Origin: Trichinella spiralis
Taxonomy: Eukaryota
Direction: 5' to 3'
DNA: 64,000 bases
NCBI RefSeq assembly: GCF_000181795.1
Contig: NW_003526941.1
Span: 8,130,488-8,194,487 of the forward strand
Every line of letters starts with the position of its first letter. Position 1 is the first letter of the stretch. The position numbers and the translations under genes were made by a program. Of the stretch, positions 1 to 31,189 are shown in pieces. The notes beneath the pieces were generated by a model, which was not told where the DNA came from, did no database searches, and worked only from the letters and a program-made list of their open reading frames with translations.

Positions 1-2835
1 GCAGGTATTCATCCGTCGTGCTTGCGCTAGGTCACTTAGTAGCTTCAGCTAGATAAGAGTTTTTGAGTATCAAAGGGATACATTTCAAATTAAAGAATGT
101 GCTTAGATCAGCTGTTGACTAAGATTAGATCTATCTTTTATTAGGAAGAGTGGCTGTTTTAAGTTGTTAAATAATGTATTCTTGTGTGGAGCTATTCATT
201 TTTGTAAAAAAGTAGACAGTCAAGGGCGGTTATTTGAAAATTCAAAAAATGACCTTTATTTTTAAAATTCAGTCAAATATAAACTATCTGACAGAGAACA
301 CCATAACAAAAACATTGACATAGTCAAAACACGCCTCCGCATTTCTGGATTTGAAATTTGGAAATTCGAAAATGTCAATAAATTGAAATATTAATTTTTT
401 TCAAATCCTTCAAGGTTTTATTATATTTGTTTCAAAATTCTGCATGAAAAGATTATATCAATTGTCGCGCATATTCAAATTAAAACCTAAATGAATACTT
501 GAATATACACCATGGTCCATGCAGAAGATGAGAAAAGTAAATTTTAAAATTAAATTTTTACCTGCATACAGTTTTTTTCACGTGCCCTTTAATTTCGCAC
601 CGTCATTGTTAATCGCTGAAATGAAATATATTATTTTGACCATCGATAAAACGTTTGCTTTTCTCTGATTGGTCCGTTACTTTGTAATGTTTTTATTGGT
701 GATGTGGCAATTAATTTACTGCATAAAATTCACTAATTTACCGTAATCTAAATCTCTTATTAGACATTCACGTTAGCAAGGAAAACAGAACGCGCTCTGC
801 TACTGATAACCCTGGCGTTTGAAGCTAAACTGATTTGCATAATTGAAAAACAACCCCCACGCAGTGTTATGCAACCTAACCCATCTAGATTAAAATTGCA
901 AGCTAAATTTACTGTATATTTTCAACATATTTACAATCGTATCAAATCAATGTTAATAATATTACAAAATATTCAAAAAAATGAATATGCGTGCTATGTA
1001 ATGTGAAAAGTAAAAATATTTTTTTAATTTGAAATTTTTTCACCAAGTGAGTGAGTGTTGGTGGATGCATTGAAAGAGGCCGCCGAAGCGAATGATTCCC
1101 GTGCCCAGTTTGTTTCACCTCTGCTTCTCAATCTGATGAATTGGTTGTAAATTGCGTGATAATTTGGATTTATATCAGAGTTTCCAGTGAAAGTGAACCA
1201 ACCGAATGACTGACAACACACATGACTTGACAATTATACGCTCAGACAGTGTAGCATGATCTGTGGCAATGTGGCAATAACAAAACAGTTACACAATTTG
1301 AACGAACATTCCATTTGAAATACAAATAAGACAAATAATCAGCATCAAATTTCATTATTTTACTTTTGTAGTTGAAAATGAAAAAATTAAAATAAATAAA
1401 ATCGAAGAAGAAAACAATAATACCCCGGTAAAATGAAGCAGGCCACGTCATCATAACACCTAGAAAACGCGTCGCATCGAGGCAGCACTGTGACAATCTT
1501 CTCTACCTATTACTAAACACAGGGAGAAAATGGGATACTGAGGCGAGAATAGAATAATAATGTATGAAAATAATGGTCGAACAACAAGTTGAAGCATCAT
1601 CCAAATTTTGAAGCGGCAACAGTAAAAGCTAAGAATTGCTTAGGTCACCGGCTAGAGTAGAAAGCAATAATCCACGACGACGACGACGACAACGACGACA
1701 TGATGCTCTTGCTTCATCCAAGCATGCGCATGTCATCCGTGCATCCGTACTCCAGGCGTTGTTGCTGTTGTTGTTACTGCAATTCGGGAGAAAAAATAAA
1801 CAAACAGACCCGCGCATAATTTTCAGGTGAATTCTGACAGAGGCACTGGGTAAAATGGCTTTTTTCTTCTTCTTTTATTTTTACTTTACTTTATTCTTTA
1901 CTCACCATGTTCACTGAACTAAACTCAGCCAGCCTGCTTCAACGACGGCTACACGCAGATCAAGAATGACAGATGAAAGGGGTATGGAAAGGGGCAGGGA
2001 CAGGAGTAGAGGCAGGGGATGGAGGACAATCAACCAGAATAATTTAATTAGTTGATCCCTGTAAACATTAAAAGAAGAAGAAGAAGATAGATAGATGTTG
2101 TGGCTGCGCTAGAAAGACGATAATAACTGTTTCTGCACAGTCAAAGTCAGGTGAGCGGATTAGATATTCAGCAAATAAAAAAGATGGAATAATTAAAAAT
2201 GAAAAAAAAAGACGTCAAATACCCAAAATGCAACGTCGCACACACGTATTCCCGAACAATGAAAAATGTGGATGAACATTCCGCACAGAAGAAAAGAAAA
2301 AGAATAATGATAATTTTAACATATACAAAATTTATGTATATGCAAAAAATCAAAAGAAAATAAAAGAAAAAAGAGGGGGGGAGGGGGAGGGAGACGGATC
2401 TGAAAGAATCAGGATAACATACAAATGGTCGGCGGCAGTTCAATCTAATGTTGTTTTGTTTTCTCAGCTGATGTCATTTGTTTGCTTGCTTGTTTGTTCG
2501 TTTGCTCATCCTAACCAGACCAGCACAGATTGTGGAAAAAGCCTATTCGGTCAGCACTTGGTCAGCAGTGCGAGTACAAATCACTAGTATAAAATTACCA
2601 AAAAGCCAAATATAAACAATAACAAACAAACAAACAAACAAACATGAATATTGCAAAAGAAGAAAAAGACGTATATATTAGAAAGATGAATTGAAAAAAT
2701 GCTTGCTGAGCCACTGCCTTGTCATTCATTTTTTGACAGCTGCTGCTGACAATAACAAATTTCATAAAAAATGAAATAATAAATAAATAGTAGATCGATT
2801 GAAAGAAAAAAAATAGGAAGAGTGACGACTGATTT

Positions 2836-2867
<32 letters not shown>
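2836..2867. repeat. (TGA)n microsatellite
   Basis: About 10 perfect tga units. Confidence 0.9.
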
Positions 2868-3263
2868 AGTCAAGTACAATGGAATACAGTCGGTGTGTCA
2901 GGAGAAATTGTTGACGCCGAGCCGACGGTATAGCCAATTAATTTCTGCAAGTCGATTGTGTAAAATGAGAATAATAAATTCGATTTCTTCTTCGTTGACC
3001 AGTTAAAGCTGAGCAGATTGACAAAAGAACAAATAAAACGCACTGAATAAGAAGATCAACTGACACTGGTTGCAATTGTAACGCAATTAAAAACCGGGCA
3101 GACATCGACCGGGATGTGTTGAACAATTTTTGGGTGGAATTGAAAGCCAAAAAGCCGCAAATGCTGAGCAAAAAACGACACCAAAAAAACACGGCAAAGC
3201 AGAACGAACACGTCGAAATCTTGTCGACAGCGAAAGATACGGACAGACACATACGTGTTCTGG

Positions 3264-20009
<16,746 letters not shown>

Positions 20010-22320
20010 CACCGGACGCGGGCCGGCCGCGTGAGCCGGTTTGAATTTAGCGCGTTGTTGGGCGACAGCTTTACAGTAGCACGGCGTGGACGACGCCGTC
20101 GACTGAGACCAAACGACGCCAACCGACAAACCAACCAGTGAAAAAATAAACAAATAAACAAACAAACAAACAAATGTATGTATGTATGTTTATTCGTTGT
20201 TTTCACTTCAACTTTCACCCAAATCGACCAATTAATACCTGCAGTCGGTCAATCAGCACCGTAACTGCGGCATTTCACCGGATTTTACCAGTTTTTCCAC
20301 AAAAAAAAAGAAACTTTTCACCGGGTCGGGCGTACTGTATTAATTACAGCCTGAAATGTCAAAAAGTTCGTCGTCAAAAAATTGTCAATTTTTGCATAAG
20401 TACATTAAAAACGGGAAAAGAAAACAGAACGTAAAACACAAAAAGATAAAAACACGCGCAAGCTGAAAAAAGGGGGGAGGGAATTTTTTTCGAGAGAGAA
20501 AAAAAAGAACTTCCTCAAAGTTTGACATGGTGCGCGCAACGCGTTTCCAAGATCGCCTGATGAAACAACGACGCTATTACATAAATTTTGACGGAATCAA
20601 ACAAACCAACGCGTGTTAACTCTCTCCACTGGCCAGCAGCAGTAGACAGGCAGACAGACAGACAGATAAATGGATAGATAGATGACTGATTGGAACAGAA
20701 CACTGAGGCAGACAGGCAGACAGACAGACAGACAAACACAAAGCAAGAAAGAAAGAAAGAAAGAAAGCGAGAAAAAAGAACTCTTTTAAAACGGAAAACC
20801 TGGAATTAATTGCTAACGATTTGTGTAACTAACTGGTCGACAGACGGGCGGGCAGCTGTTGCCAACAAATAGACCAACAAGAATTTTCTCAAAAATTTGC
20901 ACAAAACACCATATTCCATCAGATCAGTGAAACAGATGCAGAAAATTTGAAAAGAAAAACATATGCATAATATAAATTTGCCTTCGTTACAGGCGCTGTG
21001 TGAAAAAAATCACTTTCGACCAAACCAAACCAAACCAAACCACAGAGACTAAAAGCTCGCACTATTTTATTATTGAATGACGTCCAAAGTGAACTGGAAT
21101 CGATTTGCCCTCTGCGTCCAGCAGCTTGTCGCCGTCACCAGCAGACTGGACGGCCGGTCGTCGTCAATGACCGCCCAACGACTGACTATTCTATTGCCGG
21201 CAAAGCTGCTGCTGAAACATTGTGAAGAAAACCAATCTTCAGTGGCATAAAAAGTAGCAAAGAAAGAGAGAAAGAGAAAATAAATAAATATTTCATCATA
21301 CATCTACACCAATTGAAATAAACTATGAAAATTGAAATTAAACAATAAGTTTCTTTATTTAAATTCGAGCCTCTCTATACTGTTGTTTGAGTAAATCCGA
21401 CTAAAACAAAGCATCGTTCATCAATTGTCAGTGGACGGCTAATTCAACCATACCGTTCAAGATGACAAGCAAAAGAAAAGCCTTTTCAAACAACAACAAT
21501 AAGAAGAAAAAGAAGAAGAAGAAGAAAAAAGAACTGGAGAAGAGGTATGCACCAAAAAATGACTGAATTGAAAAACGGCTCTCATTCTGCCATTCCGTAG
21601 AGACGGCTTTTTAGCTTGGTTGCTCGCTTGCTTCACCGCTTGCAAATGGCGCCCAACGTCGGCGCGTTCGACGCCACTGAATGCGGGCGCTGTCCATTCT
21701 GATTGTTTATTCAGGAATCATCGACCAACTGGCGAGATTGAACACACGAATAAGAATAAGAGAGAAAAAGCAAACGCGCGCAACGTCAACGTTTCTCACT
21801 TCTTCACACACACACACACACCACTCTATTTTTCTCTTCTTCCAACATTGTCACTCAGTCAGGCAGAATTCTCGTGTCTGAATCTTCACTGCTCAGCTTT
21901 GCAAATCCACAAAAGCCTGTTCAAACAGAGGCACAAAGCAGCGCATTTCAACGCGCAACTAGCGCGCCATACAGTCACCACACCACAACTGTAAGGCAAG
22001 CAAATTTCCACGTAACCCTGCACACACACGCGCGTGTGTGCGTGCGTATTTTTCAAGTTGAACAAGTTTTTCCATACTATACAACGGAGACAGAAAGAGA
22101 AAGAGAATACTGTGAAAAATGAAAATTACAAACTTGCAAATTACAACAAACCGATACGGAAAAAGTATTGCTAACGCCGGCGCATCAAGGGCACGCGACA
22201 TCGAAACTGGAAAAAACAACACAACACAACACAATTCACCGGCCGTCGTCATCCTACCTACATTAACAATAACCATCTCGACCGCCAGTGTAGCGCATTT
22301 AAAAATTGTACTTGACACTC
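20010..22320 (-). promoter_or_regulatory. Putative BCL11 5' UTR/promoter-enhancer region with GC/CpG-rich islands
   Basis: GC-rich blocks (~19960-20130, 21060-21220, 21620-22270) in an AT-rich background immediately upstream of the first exon; no credible coding exon. Confidence 0.45.
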
Positions 22321-22598
22321 AATATTTTACCGGTACTGTATGACTGGTTGATTTTTGGAAGAAGTCTTATTTTTTGTTAACAAATTGATTTCCTCTTCTT
22401 TCACAAAAAAAAATTCACTGACAATTAACAGCAATAACAATATTGGACGATTTACTGGGAATCGTGAATAAATACTCGTAAACTATGTACATTTTCATTT
22501 ATGGATGTACAACATTTTACAATAAATTTCTTTCTATTTCGAATATACTGAAAAAACCGGTCAGCGGACCATAGTTCGTAATTTTCATTTGAATGTTC

Positions 22599-22602
<4 letters not shown>

Positions 22603-22642
<40 letters not shown>
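22603..22642. repeat. (TA)n microsatellite
   Basis: About 20 ta units; a similar tract lies at ~12752-12783. Confidence 0.9.
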
Positions 22643-22645
<3 letters not shown>

Positions 22646-24530
22646 CCCAAAACAAACTTTTGATCAATATGCATTCACGAATGAGATGTGGTCGGTCTGA
22701 AATTTTGTAACAAGTAAAAACTGTTACAATCGACAAACAGCAGAGCAGTAGAAAGAAAACACCCGGAACAATCAGAACGTCAACTGTTGAATAACAAAGT
22801 GGCATCGACAAATTTGGAGCAAACTGTGCGTGATTTAACTGTTAAATCGATAAATGTCAATGCGTTTAAGGTAAATGCGAAAAAGTTTTGAAGCGCCAAT
22901 CACATGTAAAACCTTTATTTTGGTTTCTTTTGCCAAATTATTACAATTACAACAATGAAAGTATTTACCTAAATTTCTGAGATGAAATTAGACGACCAAC
23001 TGAACTCATCCTGGAAGAAAAAAGTTAAATCCAAACCTAGCCCAAACTTTTCACCGACACTCAATTGGTTTACTACTTGCAAACAAACGTGCATCAATTG
23101 ACTAATCATGCCAGGAAAAAATTCAGTGCCGCAAACATGGTCTAGTAACGAACGAACTAACTAACTAACTAACTAACCAACTAACCAACTTGATTGTTCA
23201 TACCATTATCGACAACAAATCGTTTCAACGTCAGTTAAACAGTCTCCATTATGCAAATACATACTGATATGACCACTTACTGATAGCATCCTTACGCTGA
23301 CGTACTGTGCGTGTGCTGTACTCTCCGAAAGCGTGCACAGATCGTCAATATTTGAATCGACAAGAAAAATATTTATGAAATACACCTAGAACGAGTGAAT
23401 ACGGTAAAGTTCATTGTTAAATATCTATTATTTGACGGTTAATTTAAATTTATACTGTTTGCTTGTTGTTGATGATCATCGCGTAAAACTAACCGTCCAG
23501 ACGAGTACACTGCACTGATGTATGCATGTCCATTTCTTTAGTGAACTTAATAAAAAATGTAAACTTGATCAAAAAAGTGGTGGTATTCAAGCACAACTGA
23601 ACAGCCGCCGCTGTCAAAACAGCTAGAAGCTACAGTGGGCGTATAGTTTTAAAAATGTCAACAGAAATTATCGACACAGTCGTAATTAATTTACTTACTT
23701 GCTGATTGATGATTTCAACACGCTTTTTTCGACGACCTCTGATGAATGGTTCCACTTGCAAAAACTTGATTATCATAAAAGTACAGTAATCCAATATTTC
23801 TGATAAACTTCGCACAAAGTTGTCGTATATGACGTGGAGTTCATGTACTTGCGCATCACTGAAACAGTGTATAAACGTTTTGAAAATTTAACAACACCTG
23901 TTTTTTAGAAATTACTTTCTTAGTAAAACAATTCGCAATGTTGTCCGTGTTCGATTATCGTAATTTTTCAAAACTGAAATGAAAAAATCAAACTTAAACT
24001 AAGAAAAATTGTAATAATAACAACGTTTACAATTGTTACACGTGTGTACAATTGATTATTTATTACCTGGGAAGAAAACATAAATTTATTTGTGAAATCA
24101 ATTTTCAAATGGACATATAGAAGAGGGACTGACTGAATTTCAATGTGAAATTGAAAATTTTTTTGTATCTTTTTTTGAAGAAAAAGTATGAAATGCATGA
24201 TCCGGATGGTTGACTGCACGAACACAAAATTCACAAAAGACGACAAAAAAATTTCGTTTGGCTTTGGTTTTTTTTTCAACTCCGCCGTCTGCTTCCGTCA
24301 AAGAAAAATTAAAATTGTCGAACTTCTGCTTCTTCACTGAAAACGCACACTCGCATCATCGGTGACCATGGTGAAGAAGCTTGTGGGTCATGTTTGTTTG
24401 AGATAAATCAATGGAGTTACAGCAAAGTGTAGAGATACAATGAAAATCAAACCGATGATGGAAAGAAAAAGAAAGCAAATGACAGAAGGGTAGGATTAGC
24501 AAGTAGATGGGATCGATGAATGCGCAACGA

Positions 24531-25884
24531 TTATTGAGATGCAACGTCGTCCATGCTGATAAATACCGACGGTGGAGGTTCGAAAATCACTCGATCGGTT
24601 ACCAAGGATGGTGTCGAAGGACCTTCGGCATCGATGTACCTGAACTGACGGTCGAAATATTGGCCATTGGGCAACAGTGTAGCGGTAGCAGTGGAACTCG
24701 CAACGCCTCGTTTCTTCTTCACCAGTTCAGATTTCTCCTTGACCGTCTCAATGATCACAGTATCCAGGTCGGCTTGGAGATGGGCAATCTGCGCAATCGA
24801 CATGCCGTATTTGCGACCAATGACGGCCACCAAATCGTTGACAGTAAGCATCTTGTTGCCAAACCAAACGAACGCACCGCTTGCGTTCATAATTTTCCGG
24901 CCAATGTAGTGCAACTTGCGCAAATAATGTCCCATCACTTGGACCATCAACGTGGCCAGGGCCAGGCCGACTGTGACGTAAGCCAACGTCAGCGGCAAAT
25001 AGTCGTACTTTCGGGGCACGATGTCGCCGAATCCCACCGTGGTGATGGTGACGAAGCTGAAGTAGAAAGCGCTGAAAAAGTCCATGTCCTCCCACTGGGG
25101 CAAAATCATGGCGCCCAGAAAAATGTGGGAGAAAAATGCCAACACAACACCCGGGGAACCAACAGACGTGCCGGATTCAGGATGACTGTGGCTGATCATT
25201 TCGACAATGCTTCGCCTTCTGGAGGAGGTCTTGTCCGTGCGCCTGATACGACCAACCAGGCAGGCGAACGCGCGTCGCAGAACTTCCAAAATTGCCACCA
25301 TGCCATCGAACATGAATCGGCCTGTGTTGGCAATTGTGATCATCACCAACGGAATGCCAAACAGACCGTATATTATGCAAAACACTCGTCCATTCATCGT
25401 AACAGGAGTCAAATTGCCATAGCCTAAAACAACAACGAGAACAACAAGAGTAAATAAGGAATAATTTGGATTAATTTTGAAAAACACAATCATCACCAAT
25501 AGTAGTGATCAGAGTGAAAGAGAACAGAAATGACGATGCAAAAGTCCAACGTCTGCCTTCGGGCGTGCTGTGAGGGTCGAGCAGATCCTCAGGATCGAGG
25601 TAGTGCATTTTGGCCAGCTCGTATGTTTTCGACAATACAGTGGCAATTCGATGTTCCAACGGTTGCAGATTATCTTCGGCAATCATCGACGACAAGTCGG
25701 TGGATTTCAACGTGACCAAATACATCATCAGCTTGTTGGCTTCGCGGAAAATTTTCTCCTTTCCTTCCAACTTCCACGCGTGCTCTTCGGGCTTTTCGAT
25801 CATGTAAAACACCTGAGCACCGGCAAACGTGTACATCGTAGCCACCAGAAACAGCAGCAAATGTGGTAGAGAATATTTCACCAC
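24531..25884 (-). CDS. Two-pore-domain (K2P/TWK-family) potassium channel, common exons
   Basis: Exons 25884-25497 and 25423-24531. TM1 LPHLLLFLVATMYTFAGAQVFYMIE; pore 1 WTFASSFLFSFTLITTIGYGNLTP; pore 2 FFSAFYFSFVTITTVGFGDIVP; TWK-type tail YLRKLHYIGRKI...FRYID. The phase-0 acceptor at 25885 needs an upstream ATG exon. Confidence 0.95.
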
Positions 25885-27259
25885 CTTGCATCGAAAAAAA
25901 AACAAAAACATCAATAACATTAACATCCAATAGTGAAGTGATTTGTGTTCTCACTTGCTCAACTTTTCAATTAATATAAAACCAAATGACTTACCCCACT
26001 TGCAAAAATTAAAGCAATTTTCAAATTATAAATTACACACGAACCCACTATTTCATTTCAAAGCAAAAACCAATAAAAATTAAACGAAAACAACTGTTCA
26101 ACAATCTCACATTAACAGAAACAAATGGCCTCCTATGCAAATTATACTATTGATTGTTTTGTTGTTTTTTTTTCAATCGCCCCAACCAATAAATTAGCAC
26201 ATAACCAACCGATTGATTGCACAGAACCACAGTGCAAAAAAAACATCTTTTCAAATTTTATAACTCATCAAAAATTATCAAATTACGATGTGTGATGAGC
26301 TTTAATGGCTGAAATAAGGCATCAGAAGTAAAGCAAATGTCGTCAACTTCACGTTCTCGTAAAGCGTTCATTTCCAGCAAAAAGAGGAAAATTGTTCAGA
26401 AATGAAATGAAAATAAAATAAAATCTTGGATGTGTGTTCGGAATCTTTCAGAGTAAAATAAAAGTTTATTATGGCATCGATAAAAGGCAAACAATGCTCT
26501 AACAGCGTAGTTGACAACTCCCGCATCGCTACTACTCAACTCAATAGAAACCATGCATCATCACTGATAAAACAATAAGTAGGATTCAAAATAATTTCTT
26601 AGTTTTTTTCAAATTACTACTGAATTGAGTAAATAAATAAATAGATAGATAAATGTCTGGAAAAGTAAATTTTGAAATGAATATTACTGCATATTATTTG
26701 TCATATCTTTGCCAATGTGAGGAAAAGAAAATACGACGAAATTTGAGACTTTCGTCTTATTACGAACGAAAATTTCTGAAAATGCGTTTAAATTTCATAC
26801 TTAAGTTTGCTTAATTCAACAAACTTTAAATGTTGACTAACTGAACTGAACGCCACCAACCATACTGTTGTTTATATACATATATCCCTCGGTGAGCTGA
26901 AATATTTTATTTTGGACAAAAGTTTGGTTAATTACTTTTTCCATTACTTATGCTGAAAGAAAAAATATTCTATAAATGTACACGCTTTCAACATATACAA
27001 ATAAATAATATCCATTCAAAACTACAAAAGCAGTGAAAAGAAAAACTTCTGGCATAGTTGAAATATATGCACAGAAAAAGAAAGATATGCAGCATGATGA
27101 TCATGAAGCAAGCGGCAAACAAATTTGAATAAATGATTAAAACTGCAGATACACTAACCTCACCTGCTTATCAATTAATAATCATCAAAGCATTTATTAA
27201 TTTCCTATCATTGCAATATTGAAATATTCATTTAAATATTGAAGTGATATAACACTTAC

Positions 27260-27349
27260 TTGCATCCAATTTTCGCGCAGTTGAAATCTCGTTTCGAATT
27301 TGGAAATCAAATCACTTTTCCAACAGTATGCGCACAATGCTAACGACAT
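27260..27349 (-). CDS. Candidate TWK alternative first exon A (MSLALCAYCWKSDLISKFETRFQLRENWMQ)
   Basis: ATG, 30 open codons, CAA|gtaagt phase-0 consensus donor. Confidence 0.55.
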
Positions 27350-29312
27350 TTTCAAATTACACAATTGTAAGATATGAAGAGAATGAAAAGTTGAAAAGTG
27401 TGATCACACCGACGTTTTCCTTGATAACCAGTAATGAAAGGATATATTTATTTACTTGCTTACTTTTTCACATAACTATGCACATGTATGCTTGTGTGCG
27501 CGCGCGCGCGTGTGTGTGTGTGTGTAACTGCCGCAATCATTAGTCTATTGCGAATCCATGCAATAGACGACGACACCTAGCACTTTAATTAGAATGACAA
27601 GCAATCAGATCACTATAGCAGCTGCGTCGCTTCTCATGGATGTAAGCTGAAAAGAAGTAGATAAAATTTGCATCACCAGCATATTGCACTTTTATGAATC
27701 TTCTCAAAGATGACGCAAATTCGACATTCACGCATTGCATATGTCATCTTTAAAAGTAATTCCTATTCCAAAAAATCGGATGATTCATTATCAACTGACA
27801 TGTATCAGTGTGCTAAAAATGAATCTTATCTTACAATGAGCGTATACTTTTGGTGCTAAATAAAAATCATATCAATTAATGATGACAAAATTTACACTGT
27901 CTAAGAGTACAGTCATAAAAACTGTGCAAAGTAAATCAACGCTGGAAGAAAAACATAATTTTCAAACTAACCGATATTAATAATTAATACTAATAATAAA
28001 ACAGTTACTTATTTTCAGCCGTTCAGCTAAACACTAGATATATCATTGTTTTTGATTTTTCCATTTTTCCAATGTTACCACAATAAGATAAAAATAATTT
28101 CCATTGCCCATTCATACAGATTTTTCATTTGATAAAAATAAATAGGTTGTTTTGGGCTAGAAAAATAACAACTTTTCCCACTCAACTAAATCTATTGTAA
28201 CAGATGAATATGAAATGAAAATTCATTATCAATGTCAAGATGCCAGACAAAATCCGAATTTGAAAAACGCAACATATGTGTATGCGACTGAGATAAGAAA
28301 AATTACAAGCATTTATCATCCCGATACGCCGTAGTACATATACGCTTCGACTCGCTTCTCTGCTTAATATGAACACGCTTAAATGAACAATCAAATGAAT
28401 CGAACAAAAGCCAACACTACAATAACAAATCATAATTCAATACTCAAAAACTGATTTTTAATGTGAAAAAAAATATATGCAAAATCTGATGCATATATAT
28501 TAATTATAATTGGCCATAATATTGGATATGGTACCAGTTCCCTGCACAGTATACACCCTTTATCACCAAAGTACAACGTCGTTGTGTAGAGCACCACAAA
28601 GATTATAAAAAATAAGCAAAAAATAAAATTATTGCGAAACATAATTCGTCAGTTCAAAAAAAGTGTGCATATGCTGAAAATGATGAGTTTCCTCTTCAAT
28701 TTCACATGATATAAAAATTTGCATTCTACCGGTGGAAAACGATCAGTGATACGGCTGTAGTAACTTTGAACAGCACAGCAGGATCGGAAAAAGCCACCTC
28801 TAACCAGTGCGCTAAGCAAGAGAAGCATGACGAGCAGGCAAGATTCGAGCACCCAAAGAAGCACCAACAAAAGGAGAAAGTAAGTGGATAAAATAAATGC
28901 GCAGATACTAAATGCTAAATGCTTTCCGTAAGGATGTGCGCGCAGTTCTGCCGTCCATCCCCTGAGTTAGCCACATTTTCACATTCCGCTTTGCGTCACG
29001 GATCAATGAACAAAATGACAATGCCAGATGCAGATCAGTCTAGGCCGCTCTGGGGAACATGGAACCGTAGAAAAACAGGAAATTGAGTAATTTGTTTCTT
29101 CGGAAAAAAAAACAACAAACAATCAACCAAACAATTCACATTTGTTTCAATGCAGAAATTAAAATCAACAAGATTATCTCATACATAAAAGAGCAAGCTC
29201 GTCTGAAAACACTGAACATTGCATAATTACAGCTAGCTCTTCACGTAGCAATTTAACAATTGGAAAAAAATTGAAATATTTACAACTTAAACGCCAAGCA
29301 AAAACTCATAAC

Positions 29313-29342
29313 CTTTTCACATTTTCTGCTACGTGAAAGCAT
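29313..29342 (-). CDS. Candidate TWK alternative first exon B (MLSRSRKCEK)
   Basis: ATG, 10 codons, AAG|gttatg phase-0 (weaker donor). Confidence 0.35.
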
Positions 29343-30115
29343 TGAACCCTATCCCACAGTGTTTGACAACTGTGATTGAATTGCATACAGTTTGCAAGCA
29401 AAGCTTGCGCATTTGCTGATAAAGTTAATAAAAATAATTTTCAATAAACCACAATAACAATAATATCTAGGCAGTTAGCTGCAATTGGATGAAAAATCAC
29501 AAAGCACGGAAAACTTCATACTACTTACTATTGGGTGATTTATTGTTAAAACAAAAAAGAAATTGCTTTTGCAGCTGTTAACTGGCTAAGATTATGGCAT
29601 AATTTTTGTCAGAAAAAGTGCTTAATTTTATCAATTGCGCAACTGTCTTGCCCATTATATTTAACTAACTGTTGAACAACATGTCATGTCAACAAGTTTT
29701 ACATCATAAAAAAACCCCACTTCAAAGCAACGATACAGTATATAGTATGACAAGTAAGTTCAGATGGAAAATTTCACTAAGTTGCTTTTTTCCATTTTCG
29801 CCCCTTTTGCAACTACCTCAACAACAAGTAAAGTTACCTGGACTGGAAAAGTACATTTCTCCCAACTATGCGAAAAAGTGAATGAAAAATTAAACATCTA
29901 AAACAGACCAACATCGCTTATACGATATGCACCTTCCACTGAAAATAGTAAAAGAAAAAAGTAAATTAATTTCTTCTTTTTCAAAACAAAAATTAAAATT
30001 AAAAAGATATATATGTTCATATTTCTAAAAATGAAAGAATAGAAAGAAGGGATGATGAAAAAACAATGTAAGAGAAGCAGAAAGATTGAAAAAAGCTTAA
30101 TTTAATTAACCTTAC

Positions 30116-30145
30116 TTTGACATATCCAACGCAGAGTAAGTACAT
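30116..30145 (-). CDS. Candidate TWK alternative first exon C (MYLLCVGYVK)
   Basis: ATG, 10 codons, AAA|gtaagg phase 0. Confidence 0.5.
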
Positions 30146-31147
30146 CAGAGTGCAAATGTGACAGTGGAAGAGTTGCAAATGCCTGACTATTGAATGTGAA
30201 TGTCAGTGATAATTTTATTCTTCGTCAAGTCCAGCACCGTAGTCGACACAACTAACTCTGATCCCTGCACATTGATGATGATGACCGTTTGCTAGGCATT
30301 GATTTGTCTAGCCAGAATTGAAGGATAAAATTGCACCCCCCCCCACCCCCACTACTGACAACAGCTTCACAGCTAGCTGAACAAGTAGTAGTCAGTTTGT
30401 TGGCAAAAATTTGAATCACCGGACAGTAGTCAGTGTGAAGAGCTGGCAGTTGAGAAGAGAACAAACAGCAGCGACTGTTTATCTCAAATTTGTTTCAGAA
30501 AATGCAAAACATTCTGATCAGTCGAAACGACGCCTGACTGCTCAATACCTCGCACAATTAATAATTAATTTTCTGAGCTTATAAATGAACTAACTGCTCA
30601 TAGATGAATGGATGTTTCACATTCCAAAAGTCATATACAAACCACTTAAATCAATGCTACTGATGAATCAATCAATCAATCAATCGGTCATCATCTCTTG
30701 AGGTGAAGAAAAATCCTGATAAAAACATACTGAAGAAACTCGGATAACTGATAACATATTAGATATTCCTTTTTTAAATTCAAAAAATGTGATAAAAGGA
30801 AAGATGATTTAAAAAGAAGTTATCCCTGAAGAGATAGATGTACCTGTTGATTAATACGAATAAAAAATAAAAAACAATGAATCACAAATGAATGAAAAGA
30901 GATTCACTAATTAGAACCAATGAACCGTAATGTGCAATGTGATGAGAATAAATAATAAAAACAAAAAAAATTAACTTCAACAAACCGACTGTGTTAAAAG
31001 ATCCATGTGCTTAGAGATTGACTATCAAAAAAAAAACCGTGAACAATATCTTGACTTCAAACAGAAATAAATAAGCTGCGAAATTGATGTCATGTAATGT
31101 AAAAAAAAACAGAGAGTTTGGGATGAGAAGAAAAAGAAATTACTTAC

Positions 31148-31189
31148 ACTGAGAATCCAACGCAGCATCAGGACGACAAAGTTGTGCAT
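31148..31189 (-). CDS. Candidate TWK alternative first exon D (MHNFVVLMLRWILS)
   Basis: ATG, 14 codons, AGT|gtaagt phase 0, downstream of a GC-rich leader-like block (31200-31440). Confidence 0.55.

Noticed and set aside
660..900. CCAAT boxes and octamer ATTTGCAT suggesting an snRNA gene
   Set aside because: No snRNA/SL RNA body or Sm site with flanking stems recognised; at most a promoter of a gene outside the window.
2722..2937. Poly-His ORF downstream of BCL11
   Set aside because: Produced by the (TGA)n microsatellite in the probable 3' UTR; no ATG start.
24507..25427. 306-aa plus-strand ORF
   Set aside because: Antisense shadow of the GC-rich TWK exon; no recognisable motifs.
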